From: Comamonas sp.
GTDB taxonomy: Bacteria > Pseudomonadota > Gammaproteobacteria > Burkholderiales > Burkholderiaceae_C
NCBI GenBank assembly: GCA_041984925.1
Contig: JBHIXF010000012.1
Span: forward strand, 34,029 to 98,028
Direction of reading: 5' to 3'
DNA: 64,000 nt
Made by a program: the position numbers and the translations under genes. Shown here piece by piece: positions 1 to 8,679 of the stretch (position 1 is its first letter; each line of letters starts with the position of its first letter). The notes under the pieces are model-generated. The model saw nothing but the letters and a program-made list of their open reading frames with translations, searched no databases and was not told the origin of the DNA.

Positions 1-29
1 ACCCCTACAGCCTATCTTTTGGAGACACC

Positions 30-638
30 ATGCAGGCTTTGCTCAAGCTATCAAGAGGGATCGACTGGCTCAACAGCCTGGTCGGTCGCTGGATCATCTG
101 GCTGATCCTGGCTTCGACGGTCATCAGCGGCATCAACGCCATCGTCAGAAAGGTGATGCACACCAGCTCCAACGCCTTCCTGGAGATCCAGTGGTATCTG
201 TTCGCCGCCTCGTTCCTGCTGGCGGCCGGCTACACCCTGCTGCAGGGCGAGCATGTGAAGGTGGACGTGATCGCCAGCCGCCTGTCCAAGCGCGCGCAGA
301 TCTGGATCGACATCTTCGGCTTCGTCTTCTTCCTGACCCCCATGGCCATCGCCATCCTGTGGTTCGGCACGCCCTTCGTGCTGCAGGCCATCCAGACGGG
401 CGAAATGTCCGGCAATGCCGGCGGCCTGATCCGCTGGCCCGTCTACCTGATGATTCCAGCCGGTTTTGCACTGCTTCTCGCCCAGGGCCTGTCCGAGCTG
501 ATCAAGCGCATCGCGTTCTTGCAGGGCCTGATCGACGACCCCACGGCCAAGAAGGGCGAGAAGACCGCCGAGGAAGACCTGGCCGACGCGCTGCGCACCC
601 TCACGGGCGCCAAGAACAAGAACGAACAAAGCGCCTGA
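30..638 (+). CDS. TRAP transporter small permease subunit (DctQ family)
   Basis: 202-aa hydrophobic ORF with a DctQ-like N-terminus (GIDWLNSLVGRWIIWLIL). It ends 18 nt before a DctM-type large permease, and DctP-type binding proteins lie adjacent. Confidence 0.85.
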   Translation: MQALLKLSRGIDWLNSLVGRWIIWLILASTVISGINAIVRKVMHTSSNAFLEIQWYLFAASFLLAAGYTLLQGEHVKVDVIASRLSKRAQIWIDIFGFVFFLTPMAIAILWFGTPFVLQAIQTGEMSGNAGGLIRWPVYLMIPAGFALLLAQGLSELIKRIAFLQGLIDDPTAKKGEKTAEEDLADALRTLTGAKNKNEQSA

Positions 639-656
639 GCCGGAAAGACCGACACC

Positions 657-2486
657 ATGGAATTCATCATCCACAACCTGGCCCCGATCATGTTCGCGGG
701 GCTGATCCTGTTCCTGCTGCTGGGATTTCCGGTGGCGTTCAGCCTGGGTGCCTGCGGCCTGTTCTTCGCCTTCATCGGCATCGAGCTGGGCGTGCTTCCC
801 GAGGCGCTGCTGCAGGCCTTGCCGCTGCGGATCTTCGGCATCATGCAGAACGAGACCATGCTGGCCATACCGTTCTTCACGCTCATGGGGCTGATTCTTG
901 AGCGCAGCGGCATGGCCGAGGACCTGCTGGAGACCGTGGGCCAGCTGTTCGGCCCCGTGCGCGGGGGCGTGGCCTTCGCCGTGATCTTCGTGGGCGCCCT
1001 GCTGGCGGCGACCACGGGGGTGGTGGCCGCCTCGGTGATCTCCATGGGCCTGATCTCGCTGCCCATCATGATGCGCTACGGCTATGACCGGCGCGTGGCC
1101 TCGGGCGTGATCGCGGCCTCGGGCACGCTGGCGCAGATCATCCCGCCGTCGCTGGTGCTGATCGTGCTGGCCGACCAGCTCGGCCGCAGCGTGGGCGACA
1201 TGTACAAGGGCGCCTTCGTTCCGGGCCTGATGCTGACGGGCTGCTACGCGCTGTTCATCGTCGCGCTGGCCATCTTCAAGCCCTCCATGGTTCCCGCGCT
1301 GCCGCCCGAGGCACGCACCCTGCGCGAGCCCGACGGCAAGTCCGGCCTGCCCTCCACGCTGGTGCTGACGGTGCTGTGCGTGGCGGCATCCTTGGTGGTC
1401 GGCCAGTACATGCCCCAGCTGCACACCTGGTGGTCGGGCGACGTGGTCGAGAAGGTGGCGCTGGACGAGACCATCGTCGTGTCCATGTGCTTCGGCGTGG
1501 CCCTGGCCTTCATCGCCGCCATGTTCAACAAGCTCACGGGCCTGCACCTGCTCAGCCGCATGGCCGAGCGCGTGACCTTCGTGCTGATCCCGCCGCTGCT
1601 GCTGATCTTCCTGGTGCTGGGCACCATCTTCCTGGGCGTGGCGACCCCCACCGAGGGCGGCGCCATGGGCGCGCTGGGCGCGGCCGTCATGGCCTTCGCG
1701 CGCGGACGCCTGAATCTGGACCTGCTCAAGCAGGCGCTGATGTCCACCACCAAGCTGTCGTGCTTCGTGATGTTCATCCTGATCGGCGCGACCATGTTCG
1801 GCCTGACCTTCCAGGGCGTGGACGGTCCCAAGTGGGTGGAAGAGCTGCTGGTGTCCCTGCCCGGCGGAGAGATCGGCTTCCTGATCGTGGTCAACATCAT
1901 GATCTTCGTGCTGGCCTTCTTCCTGGACTTCTTCGAGCTGTCCTTCATCGTGGTGCCGCTGCTGGCCCCCGTGGCCGAGAAGCTGGGCATCGACCTGGTC
2001 TGGTTCGGCGTGCTGCTGGCCGTGAACATGCAGACCTCGTTCATGCACCCGCCCTTCGGCTTCGCGCTGTTCTTCCTGCGCAGCGTGGCCCCGGCCAAGG
2101 CCTACATGGACAAGGTCACCAGGAAGATGATCGAGCCTGTGACCACCATGCAGATCTATGCGGGCGCCATTCCCTTCCTGCTGATCCAGCTGTTCATGGT
2201 GGCGCTGATCATCATCTTCCCGGGCATCGTCTCCAGCAACCTGGACAAGAAGGTGGAATACGACCTGGACAAGGTGCGCCAGGAGATGGAGGCCTCCATG
2301 CCGGACGCCATCGACTTCAACGACCCCATGTTCAGCGGCGACGGCGCCAACCAGTCGCCTGCGCCCGAGGCGGCGCCCGGCGAGCCTGCCGCAGCAGGCA
2401 GCGAGGACGATGCGCTCAAGGCGCTGCAGGAGCAGTTGCAGCGCGAGCAGCCGGCCACGCCGGGCGAGAGCAAGTCCGGCAGCTGA
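657..2486 (+). CDS. TRAP transporter large permease subunit (DctM family), extended form with acidic C-terminal tail
   Basis: 609-aa polytopic ORF with DctM-like blocks (MLAIPFFTLMG, GTLAQIIPPS, IGATMFG). It follows dctQ directly. The last ~85 aa are hydrophilic and Pro/Glu-rich. Hairpin plus T6 terminator at 2513-2538. Confidence 0.88.
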   Translation: MEFIIHNLAPIMFAGLILFLLLGFPVAFSLGACGLFFAFIGIELGVLPEALLQALPLRIFGIMQNETMLAIPFFTLMGLILERSGMAEDLLETVGQLFGPVRGGVAFAVIFVGALLAATTGVVAASVISMGLISLPIMMRYGYDRRVASGVIAASGTLAQIIPPSLVLIVLADQLGRSVGDMYKGAFVPGLMLTGCYALFIVALAIFKPSMVPALPPEARTLREPDGKSGLPSTLVLTVLCVAASLVVGQYMPQLHTWWSGDVVEKVALDETIVVSMCFGVALAFIAAMFNKLTGLHLLSRMAERVTFVLIPPLLLIFLVLGTIFLGVATPTEGGAMGALGAAVMAFARGRLNLDLLKQALMSTTKLSCFVMFILIGATMFGLTFQGVDGPKWVEELLVSLPGGEIGFLIVVNIMIFVLAFFLDFFELSFIVVPLLAPVAEKLGIDLVWFGVLLAVNMQTSFMHPPFGFALFFLRSVAPAKAYMDKVTRKMIEPVTTMQIYAGAIPFLLIQLFMVALIIIFPGIVSSNLDKKVEYDLDKVRQEMEASMPDAIDFNDPMFSGDGANQSPAPEAAPGEPAAAGSEDDALKALQEQLQREQPATPGESKSGS

Positions 2487-2512
2487 GCGCAGGCTCCCTC
2501 AAGGACAGCAAA

Positions 2513-2538
2513 GGCCCCGCAACCGCGGGGCCTTTTTT
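2513..2538 (+). terminator. Intrinsic terminator after the TRAP permease genes
   Basis: GGCCCCGC-AACC-GCGGGGCC stem-loop (8 bp) followed by TTTTTT, 27 nt after the dctM stop. Confidence 0.8.
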
Positions 2539-2576
2539 CGTTCGGACCCCAGCGTGCGCCGGTCCCCTGCGCTCAT

Positions 2577-2602
2577 GAAAAAAGCCGGGCAATGGCCCGG
2601 CT
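2577..2602 (-). terminator. Intrinsic terminator after the proximal TRAP binding-protein gene
   Basis: On the minus strand: AGCCGGGC-CATT-GCCCGGCT stem followed by TTTTTTC, about 30 nt after the stop at 2635. Confidence 0.7.
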
Positions 2603-2634
2603 TTGCTTGCATGGCGCCGAAAGGCGCCGTGCCT

Positions 2635-3717
2635 TCACAGCTTTTGCGCCGACATGAAGGCGTCGTAGCGCGCCTCGGCGAAGCGGAACCACAGCACCTC
2701 GTCGCGCTGGAAGTTGCGGTAGTCGGTGTAGATCTTCTTCCAGGAGGGGTTCTTTTCGGCCAGCTCCCCGTAGACCTGCATGGTGGTCTTGTAGGAGGCA
2801 TCCAGCACCGCCTGCGGGAAGGGCAACACCTTGGCCTTGCTGGCCACCAGCTGCTTGAGCGCACCGGGATTGCGCGCGTCATAGCGGGCCTGCGTGACCA
2901 CATGGGCTTCGTGCGCGGCCGCCTGCACCATGGCGCGCTGCTCGGGCGTCAGCGCAGCCAGGGCCTTCTGGTTCACGTAGAACTCCAGGTTCAGGCTGCC
3001 TTCCCACCAGCCGGGGTAGTAGTAGAACGGAGCCACCTTGTTGAAGCCCAGCTTGAGGTCGTCATAGGGGCCGATCCACTCGGCGGCGTCGATGGTGCCC
3101 TTTTCCAGCGCCTGGTAGATCTCGCCGCCGGGGATGTTCTGGGGCACGCCGCCCATGCGCTCGATGATCCGGCCGGCAAAGCCGCCGATGCGGAACTTCA
3201 GGCCCTTGATGTCCTCGGGCGTCTTCACTTCCTTGCGGAACCAGCCGCCCATCTGTGCGCCCGTGTTGCCGCCCAGGAAGTTGACGATGCCGTATTCGGC
3301 GTAGAACTCGCGCATCAGCTTGCCGCCGTTGCCATCCACCATCCAGGCCGTGAGCTGGCGCGAGTTCATGCCGAACGGAATGGCGCCGCCGATGGCGAAA
3401 GCCTCGTTCTTGCCGAAGAAGTAGTAGGGCGCGGTATGCGCGATCTCCACCGTGCCGTTCTGCACGCCATCGACCACGCCGAAGGCCGGCATCAGTTCGC
3501 CGGCCGCGTGGACCGAGACCTCGAACTTGCCGCCCGACATTTCCTTGATCGCCTTGGAAAACACTTCGGCCGAACCGTAGATGGTGTCCAGCGAGCGGGG
3601 AAAGCTCGATGCCAGGCGCCAGCGCACCGCCGCCTGTGCATGCACTGCCGGCGCTGCAGCCGCCGTCAACACCCCGGCCAGGCCGGCGTGCTTGAGTGCT
3701 TTTCTTCTGTCCATCAC
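2635..3717 (-). CDS. TRAP transporter substrate-binding protein (DctP family, COG4663-like), Tat-type signal
   Basis: 360-aa ORF. N-terminus MMDRRKALKHAGLAGVLTAAAAPAVHAQA (twin-Arg, AxA cleavage site). DctP-like core (GGKFEVSVHAAGELMP, YYYPGWWEG). Confidence 0.88.
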   Translation of the reverse strand: MMDRRKALKHAGLAGVLTAAAAPAVHAQAAVRWRLASSFPRSLDTIYGSAEVFSKAIKEMSGGKFEVSVHAAGELMPAFGVVDGVQNGTVEIAHTAPYYFFGKNEAFAIGGAIPFGMNSRQLTAWMVDGNGGKLMREFYAEYGIVNFLGGNTGAQMGGWFRKEVKTPEDIKGLKFRIGGFAGRIIERMGGVPQNIPGGEIYQALEKGTIDAAEWIGPYDDLKLGFNKVAPFYYYPGWWEGSLNLEFYVNQKALAALTPEQRAMVQAAAHEAHVVTQARYDARNPGALKQLVASKAKVLPFPQAVLDASYKTTMQVYGELAEKNPSWKKIYTDYRNFQRDEVLWFRFAEARYDAFMSAQKL

Positions 3718-3942
3718 TGTCTCCTCCTGGTATGCCCTGCATCAGGGCGTCAAAAAAAGGCCGGCCCACTCTTGGCGGGCCAGCCCACAAAATTCAGGAA
3801 TGCCACTTCCAGGGTGGCTGCCTGCCCGCCTGGAGTACAAAGGCCCGCCGCCCCCCTCGCGCAAGGCGGCAGGGGCGGCGGGCCGGGCAGGCAATGGTCT
3901 GTGGCATCAACCGTCCTGGAACACGAACGTCCGCGCTTCGGC

Positions 3943-5025
3943 CTACAGCTTGGCCGTGGTCATGTAGCTGTTGTAGCGGAACTCGGAGAAGCGCTCCCAC
4001 AGCAGTTGGTCGCGCTGGAAGGTGCGCAGGCTCTGGTTGATCTTCTTGAACATGGGCGACTTGGCGCTGTGCTCGGCCATGATTTCCATGACGGCCTTGT
4101 AGCCCGCGTCCATGAAGTCCTTGGGGAAGGCCTTGAGCTGGGTCTTGTCGGCCACGAGCTTCTTGAGGGCCACGGGGTTGTTGGCGTCGTACTTGGCCGT
4201 CATGTCGCGCGCAGCGACGTTGCACGCGGCATCGACCATGGCCTTGTACTCGGGCGACAGCGCCGCGTAGGCCTTGGTGTTGATGAAGAACTCCAGCTCG
4301 GCGCCGCCTTCCCACCAGCCGGGGTAGTAGTAGTAGGGCGCGACCTTGTTGAAGCCCAGCTTCTGGTCATCGTAGGGGCCGACGAACTCCACGGCGTCCA
4401 GCGTTCCCTTTTCGAGCGCCTGGTAGACCTCGCCCACGGGCATGTTCTGGGCGACCACGCCCAGCTTGAGCATGGCATCGCCGAACAGGCCGCCACCCAG
4501 GCGCATCTTCAGGCCCTTGAGGTCCGCCACCGACTTGATCTCCTTGCGGAACCAGCCGCCCATCTGGGTGCCGGTGTTGCCGGCGCTCTGGCTCTTGATG
4601 TTGTACTGCGCGTAGAACTCGTCCATGAGCTTGCGGCCGCCGCCGTGCTCCATCCAGGCATCCATCTGGCGTGCCGTCAGGCCGAAGGGCACGGCGCAGC
4701 CGAAGGCGAAGACGTAGTCCTTGCCGGTGAAGTAGTACGGCGCCGTCAGGGCCATCTCGATGGTGCCGTTCTGGATGCCGTCGACCACGCCGAAGGCGGG
4801 CATCAGCTCGCCGGCCGCGTGCACGGAGACCTCGAACTTGCCGCCCGACATGGCCTTGAGCGTCTTGGAGAACATCTCGGCCGAGCCGAAGATGGTGTCC
4901 AGCGACTTGGGAAAGCTCGCAGCCAGGCGCCAGCGGACCGCCTCCTGGGCGTGGACCGCGGGAGCGGCTCCCACAGCCAGCACGCCGGCGATTCCAGCAT
5001 GTTTGATGATCGAACGACGGTCCAT
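3943..5025 (-). CDS. TRAP transporter substrate-binding protein, paralog of 2635-3717
   Basis: 360-aa ORF collinear with the neighbouring SBP, sharing long identical blocks (SGGKFEVSVHAAGELMPAFGVVDG, YYYPGWWEG). N-terminal signal MDRRSIIKHAGIAGVLAVGAAPAVHAQE. Confidence 0.88.
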   Translation of the reverse strand: MDRRSIIKHAGIAGVLAVGAAPAVHAQEAVRWRLAASFPKSLDTIFGSAEMFSKTLKAMSGGKFEVSVHAAGELMPAFGVVDGIQNGTIEMALTAPYYFTGKDYVFAFGCAVPFGLTARQMDAWMEHGGGRKLMDEFYAQYNIKSQSAGNTGTQMGGWFRKEIKSVADLKGLKMRLGGGLFGDAMLKLGVVAQNMPVGEVYQALEKGTLDAVEFVGPYDDQKLGFNKVAPYYYYPGWWEGGAELEFFINTKAYAALSPEYKAMVDAACNVAARDMTAKYDANNPVALKKLVADKTQLKAFPKDFMDAGYKAVMEIMAEHSAKSPMFKKINQSLRTFQRDQLLWERFSEFRYNSYMTTAKL

Positions 5026-5236
5026 GAATGTCTCTCCGCTGTATGTAGTCAGTCAAAAAAAACGCACGTTCGCACGTGCATTCACACTGTATCAGGTGGT
5101 TTCGATTCTAAAAACGCCACCGCCGAGGAACGGACGGGGTTTTCCCCCCGTCACGGCCTGGCGGATGCGCCGCGGCTGCGACGCGGCCGCAGACCGCCTG
5201 CCCGTCCCCGCCCGCGCACCAGCGGCGCGGTGGCCT

Positions 5237-7117
5237 TCAGGCCGCCGCGCGCTCTGGCGCCATCTGGGCCCGGATCGAGGCTTCGATGCCCGCCGCGTCC
5301 AGGCCCTGCAGGGACAGCAGCCTGGCGGGGTCGCCGTGCTCGATGAAGGCGTCCGGCAGGCCCAGCTGCAGCACCTGGCGCGCGATGCCTGCCGCATGCA
5401 GCGACTCCGCGACGGCGCTGCCGGCGCCGCCCATGATGCAGCCCTCTTCCACGGTGACGATGAGCTCGTGCGTGGCAGCGACCTGGCGCAGCAGTTCTTC
5501 ATCGAGCGGCTTGGCCCAGCGCATGTTGACCACGGTGGCGTCCAGCGCCTCGCCTGCGGCCAGGGCCGGGTACAGCAGCGTGCCGAAGGCCAGGATGGCG
5601 ACCTTCTTCTTGGCCGATTCCCGGCGCACCTCGCCCTTGCCGAACGGCAGGCCCTGCAGGTCTGCCAGCGGCGCCACGCCGACGCCCGCGCCACGCGGAT
5701 AGCGCACGGCCACCGGGTGATCCTGCTCGTAGGCGGTCGTCAGCAGCTGGCGGCACTCGCGCTCATCGGCGGGGCAGGCCATGCTCATGTTCGGGACGCA
5801 GCGCACGAAGGCGATGTCATACGCTCCCGCGTGCGTGGCGCCATCGGCGCCTACCAGGCCCGCGCGGTCCAGCGCGAAGACCACGGGCAGCTTCTGCAGC
5901 GCCACGTCGTGGATCAGCTGGTCGTAGGCACGCTGCAGGAAGGTCGAGTAGATGGCGACCACGGGCTTGAGGCCCTCGCAGGCCATGCCTGCCGCGAAGG
6001 TGACGGCATGCTGCTCGGCGATGCCCACGTCGTAGTAGCGGCCCGGAAAGCGCTTGTGGAACTCCACCAGGCCCGAGCCTTCGCGCATGGCCGGCGTGAT
6101 GCCGACCAGGCGCTGGTCCTTGTCGGCCATGTCGCACAGCCACTGGCCGAAGACCTGGGTGAAGGTCTGCTTCGGGGGCGTGGCCGGCTTGACCAGGCCC
6201 ACGCTGGGATCGAACTTGCCCGGGCCATGGTAGGCCACGGGATCGGCCTCGGCCAGCTTGTAGCCCTGCCCTTTCTTGGTGACCACGTGCAGGAATTGCG
6301 GGCCCTTGAGGCTCTTGATGTTCTCCAGCGTGGGGATCAGCGAATCGAGGTCATGCCCGTCGATGGGGCCGATGTAGTTGAAGCCGAAGTTCTCGAACAG
6401 CGTGGCCGGCACCACCATGCCCTTGGCCTGCTGCTCCAGGCGCTTGGCCAGCTCCAGCAGCGGCGGCACCTGCTTGAGCACGCTCTTGCCCATGTCGCGC
6501 GCCTTGGCGTAGAACTGCCCGCTCATGAGCTGGGCCAGGTAGCGGTTGAGCGCGCCCACCGGCGGGCTGATGCTCATGTCGTTGTCGTTGAGGATGACCA
6601 GCAGGTTGGCATCGGCCACGCCGGCGTTGTTCAGTGCCTCGAAGGCCATGCCCGCCGTCATGGCGCCGTCGCCGATGACGGCGATGGCGCGGCGGTCCTC
6701 GCCCTTTTGCTTGGCGGCCAGCGCCATGCCCAGGGCCGCGGAGATGCTGGTGGAGGAATGGGCCGTGCCGAAGGTGTCGTATTCGCTTTCGGTGCGCAGC
6801 GGAAAGCCCGACAGGCCGCCGAGCTGGCGCAGCGTGGCCATGCGTTCGCGCCGGCCCGTCAGGATCTTGTGCGGATAGGTCTGGTGGCCCACGTCCCAGA
6901 CCACGCGGTCGTAGGGCGTGTCGAACACCGCATGCAGCGCCACCGTCAGCTCCACCGTGCCGAGGTTGGAGCTCAGATGCCCGCCGGTCTTGGAGACGCT
7001 GTCCAGCACATAGGCACGCAGCTGCTGGGCCAGGGTCTTGAGTTCGGCACGCGACAGACGCCTCAGATCCGAGGGATCGTCGATGGTCTGCAGCAGGGAG
7101 TAGGTGTTCGTGGTCAT
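5237..7117 (-). CDS. dxs: 1-deoxy-D-xylulose-5-phosphate synthase
   Basis: 626-aa ORF with the typical Dxs N-terminus ([14 protein letters not shown]), a TPP-binding block ([15 protein letters not shown]) and transketolase-like domains. Sits in the conserved xseB-ispA-dxs order. Confidence 0.95.
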   Translation of the reverse strand: MTTNTYSLLQTIDDPSDLRRLSRAELKTLAQQLRAYVLDSVSKTGGHLSSNLGTVELTVALHAVFDTPYDRVVWDVGHQTYPHKILTGRRERMATLRQLGGLSGFPLRTESEYDTFGTAHSSTSISAALGMALAAKQKGEDRRAIAVIGDGAMTAGMAFEALNNAGVADANLLVILNDNDMSISPPVGALNRYLAQLMSGQFYAKARDMGKSVLKQVPPLLELAKRLEQQAKGMVVPATLFENFGFNYIGPIDGHDLDSLIPTLENIKSLKGPQFLHVVTKKGQGYKLAEADPVAYHGPGKFDPSVGLVKPATPPKQTFTQVFGQWLCDMADKDQRLVGITPAMREGSGLVEFHKRFPGRYYDVGIAEQHAVTFAAGMACEGLKPVVAIYSTFLQRAYDQLIHDVALQKLPVVFALDRAGLVGADGATHAGAYDIAFVRCVPNMSMACPADERECRQLLTTAYEQDHPVAVRYPRGAGVGVAPLADLQGLPFGKGEVRRESAKKKVAILAFGTLLYPALAAGEALDATVVNMRWAKPLDEELLRQVAATHELIVTVEEGCIMGGAGSAVAESLHAAGIARQVLQLGLPDAFIEHGDPARLLSLQGLDAAGIEASIRAQMAPERAAA

Positions 7118-7156
7118 GCTAGGTATCTTGGAGCGGCAAAGCCGCGATCCGTATTG

Positions 7157-8095
7157 TCAGTGGGTGCGGCGCACCACCATGTCGGCAAGGGCCGCCAATG
7201 CACGCGTGTCGGCCAGTCCGCTGCGCGCCAGGGCCGCATGCGCCAGGGCGCAGAGCTCGTCCGCATGGGCGCGGGCACGGTCCAGGCCCAGGAGCGAGAC
7301 ATAGGTCGGCTTGTCATTGGCCGCGTCCTTGCCGGCGGTCTTGCCCAGCGTGGCCGAATCGGCAACCACGTCGAGGATGTCGTCCACCACCTGGAAGGCC
7401 ACGCCCAGGGCCTGCCCGTAGTCGGACAGGGCCTGCCAGGCCCGGGAATCCACGCGCTCGTTGCAGGCCGCGCCCATGAGCACGCTGGCATGCAGCAGCG
7501 CCCCGGTCTTGAGCCGGTGCATCTGCCGCAGCTGGGACTCGCTCAGCTGAAGGCCCACGCTGGCCAGGTCGATGGCCTGGCCTCCGGCCATGCCCTGGGC
7601 GCCCGCCGCACGGCCCAGCAGGCGGCACAGTCGCGCCTGCAGCGCATCCGACATGCCTGCGGCCTCGTCCGGCCCGGGCACCAGCAACTCGAAGGCCAGC
7701 GCCTGCAGCGCATCGCCGGCCAGCAGGGCCGAAGCCTCGCCGAACTGCACATGCACGGTGGGCTTGCCCCGGCGCAGCACGTCGTTGTCCATGCAGGGCA
7801 TGTCGTCGTGCACCAGCGAGTAGGCGTGGATCAGCTCCACCGCGCAGCCCGCGCGCACGGCGGCGGACTCCAGGCCCTGCACGGCCTCGGCGGCGGCCCA
7901 GACCAGCAAGGGGCGAAGGCGCTTGCCGCCATCGAGCACGGCATAGCGCATGGCCTCGCCCAGGCCGGCCGGCGCGTCGACCCCCACCCATTGCGACAGG
8001 GCCTGTTCGGTGCGCCCCAGGCGCTGCTGCATCCAGCGCGGGAAATCCAGGGCCTCGGCGGCCGGGCAAGCGATAGGGTTCATCACGGCGCTCAT
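7157..8095 (-). CDS. ispA: (2E,6E)-farnesyl diphosphate synthase / geranyltranstransferase
   Basis: 312-aa ORF with both Asp-rich motifs (LVHDDMPCMDND and FQVVDDILD). Flanked by xseB and dxs. Confidence 0.93.
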   Translation of the reverse strand: MSAVMNPIACPAAEALDFPRWMQQRLGRTEQALSQWVGVDAPAGLGEAMRYAVLDGGKRLRPLLVWAAAEAVQGLESAAVRAGCAVELIHAYSLVHDDMPCMDNDVLRRGKPTVHVQFGEASALLAGDALQALAFELLVPGPDEAAGMSDALQARLCRLLGRAAGAQGMAGGQAIDLASVGLQLSESQLRQMHRLKTGALLHASVLMGAACNERVDSRAWQALSDYGQALGVAFQVVDDILDVVADSATLGKTAGKDAANDKPTYVSLLGLDRARAHADELCALAHAALARSGLADTRALAALADMVVRRTH

Positions 8096-8103
8096 GGCTG
8101 TCT

Positions 8104-8343
8104 TTATTCCTGGCTCCAGGGGGCCAGCGTGCCTTCATCAAGCACCTTGACCTGCTCCTGCACGGCGTCGAGCTGGCTGCGGCAGTAGGAAAGCAGCTGC
8201 GCTGCGCGCTGGTAGCCGCTCAGCATCTGCTCCAGCGGCAACTGGCCGGATTCGATCTGCACGATCAACTGCTCCAGTTCCTGCAGCGCGGCTTCGTAAC
8301 TGGTGGGCTCGGCAGGAGCCTTGGGGGCGGCAGCCTTGGGCAT
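8104..8343 (-). CDS. xseB: Exodeoxyribonuclease VII small subunit
   Basis: The start was moved to the internal ATG at 8343 (MPKAAAPK...), giving a 79-aa product with the XseB core ([36 protein letters not shown]). The stop lies 8 nt before the ispA start. Confidence 0.88.
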   Translation of the reverse strand: MPKAAAPKAPAEPTSYEAALQELEQLIVQIESGQLPLEQMLSGYQRAAQLLSYCRSQLDAVQEQVKVLDEGTLAPWSQE

Positions 8344-8679
8344 GAGGCGATGGAATGCGTTGTAGGGAACCGACGATTCTAGGCGCGCCCCCGCCGATGT
8401 GCTGCCAATGACCGGACAGCCCCTGCCGGCAACCGGGCACGGGCGCTGCAATACACGTACCCGGAATCCGGGAATAACCCCACAGCCTATAATCCCATTC
8501 CCCGTCAAACCGGCCCCTTGCCTGGGCATCCGGTCGGGCCTCGTGGCAGGCGCGGACCGCAATCGCGGTCAGGCACTGCATACCGTGAAGCCCGCCCACT
8601 CCCAGGAACGGCCGGTTTCGTTTTTCCATCCGCGCGCACGCGCACCCTCCCTGTGGGGAGTCTTTAGGTCAGGTCACCC

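Noticed and set aside
51-2048. 665-aa ORF on the minus strand, antisense to the TRAP permease genes. Other very long ORFs are of the same kind: 2410-5346(+), 4760-8188(+), 13507-15519(+), 15294-18458(+), 26412-29480(-), 44669-47548(+), 57280-59583(-), 59617-61422(-).
   Set aside because: All lie antisense or out of frame to genes with unmistakable family signatures. Their translations are dominated by G/A/R/H/Q/P runs with no domain-like pattern. These are typical stop-codon-poor shadow frames of 67% GC DNA.
8501-8513. 13-nt identity CCCCGTCAAACCG shared between this leader and the valS upstream region (26351-26363), both just downstream of TA(T/G)AATCCC -10-like boxes.
   Set aside because: A single exact 13-mer repeat is within chance expectation for a 64-kb GC-biased sequence. 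The flanks do not align further. The shared TAnAATCCC is probably just the common promoter/discriminator style of the organism.
8507-8618. Assignment of the long hairpin upstream of the Rieske gene to the cobalamin, ZTP or SRP RNA families.
   Set aside because: Only short chance-like resemblances exist (GCGGTC-A-GGCACTGCA versus the B12 core GCCACTG; GCCTGGGCA versus the ZTP 3' motif; GGTCAGG versus SRP). The obligatory partner motifs are absent (GGTGAAA-TCC and the B12 box, the ZTP pseudoknot context, the GNRA tetraloop).
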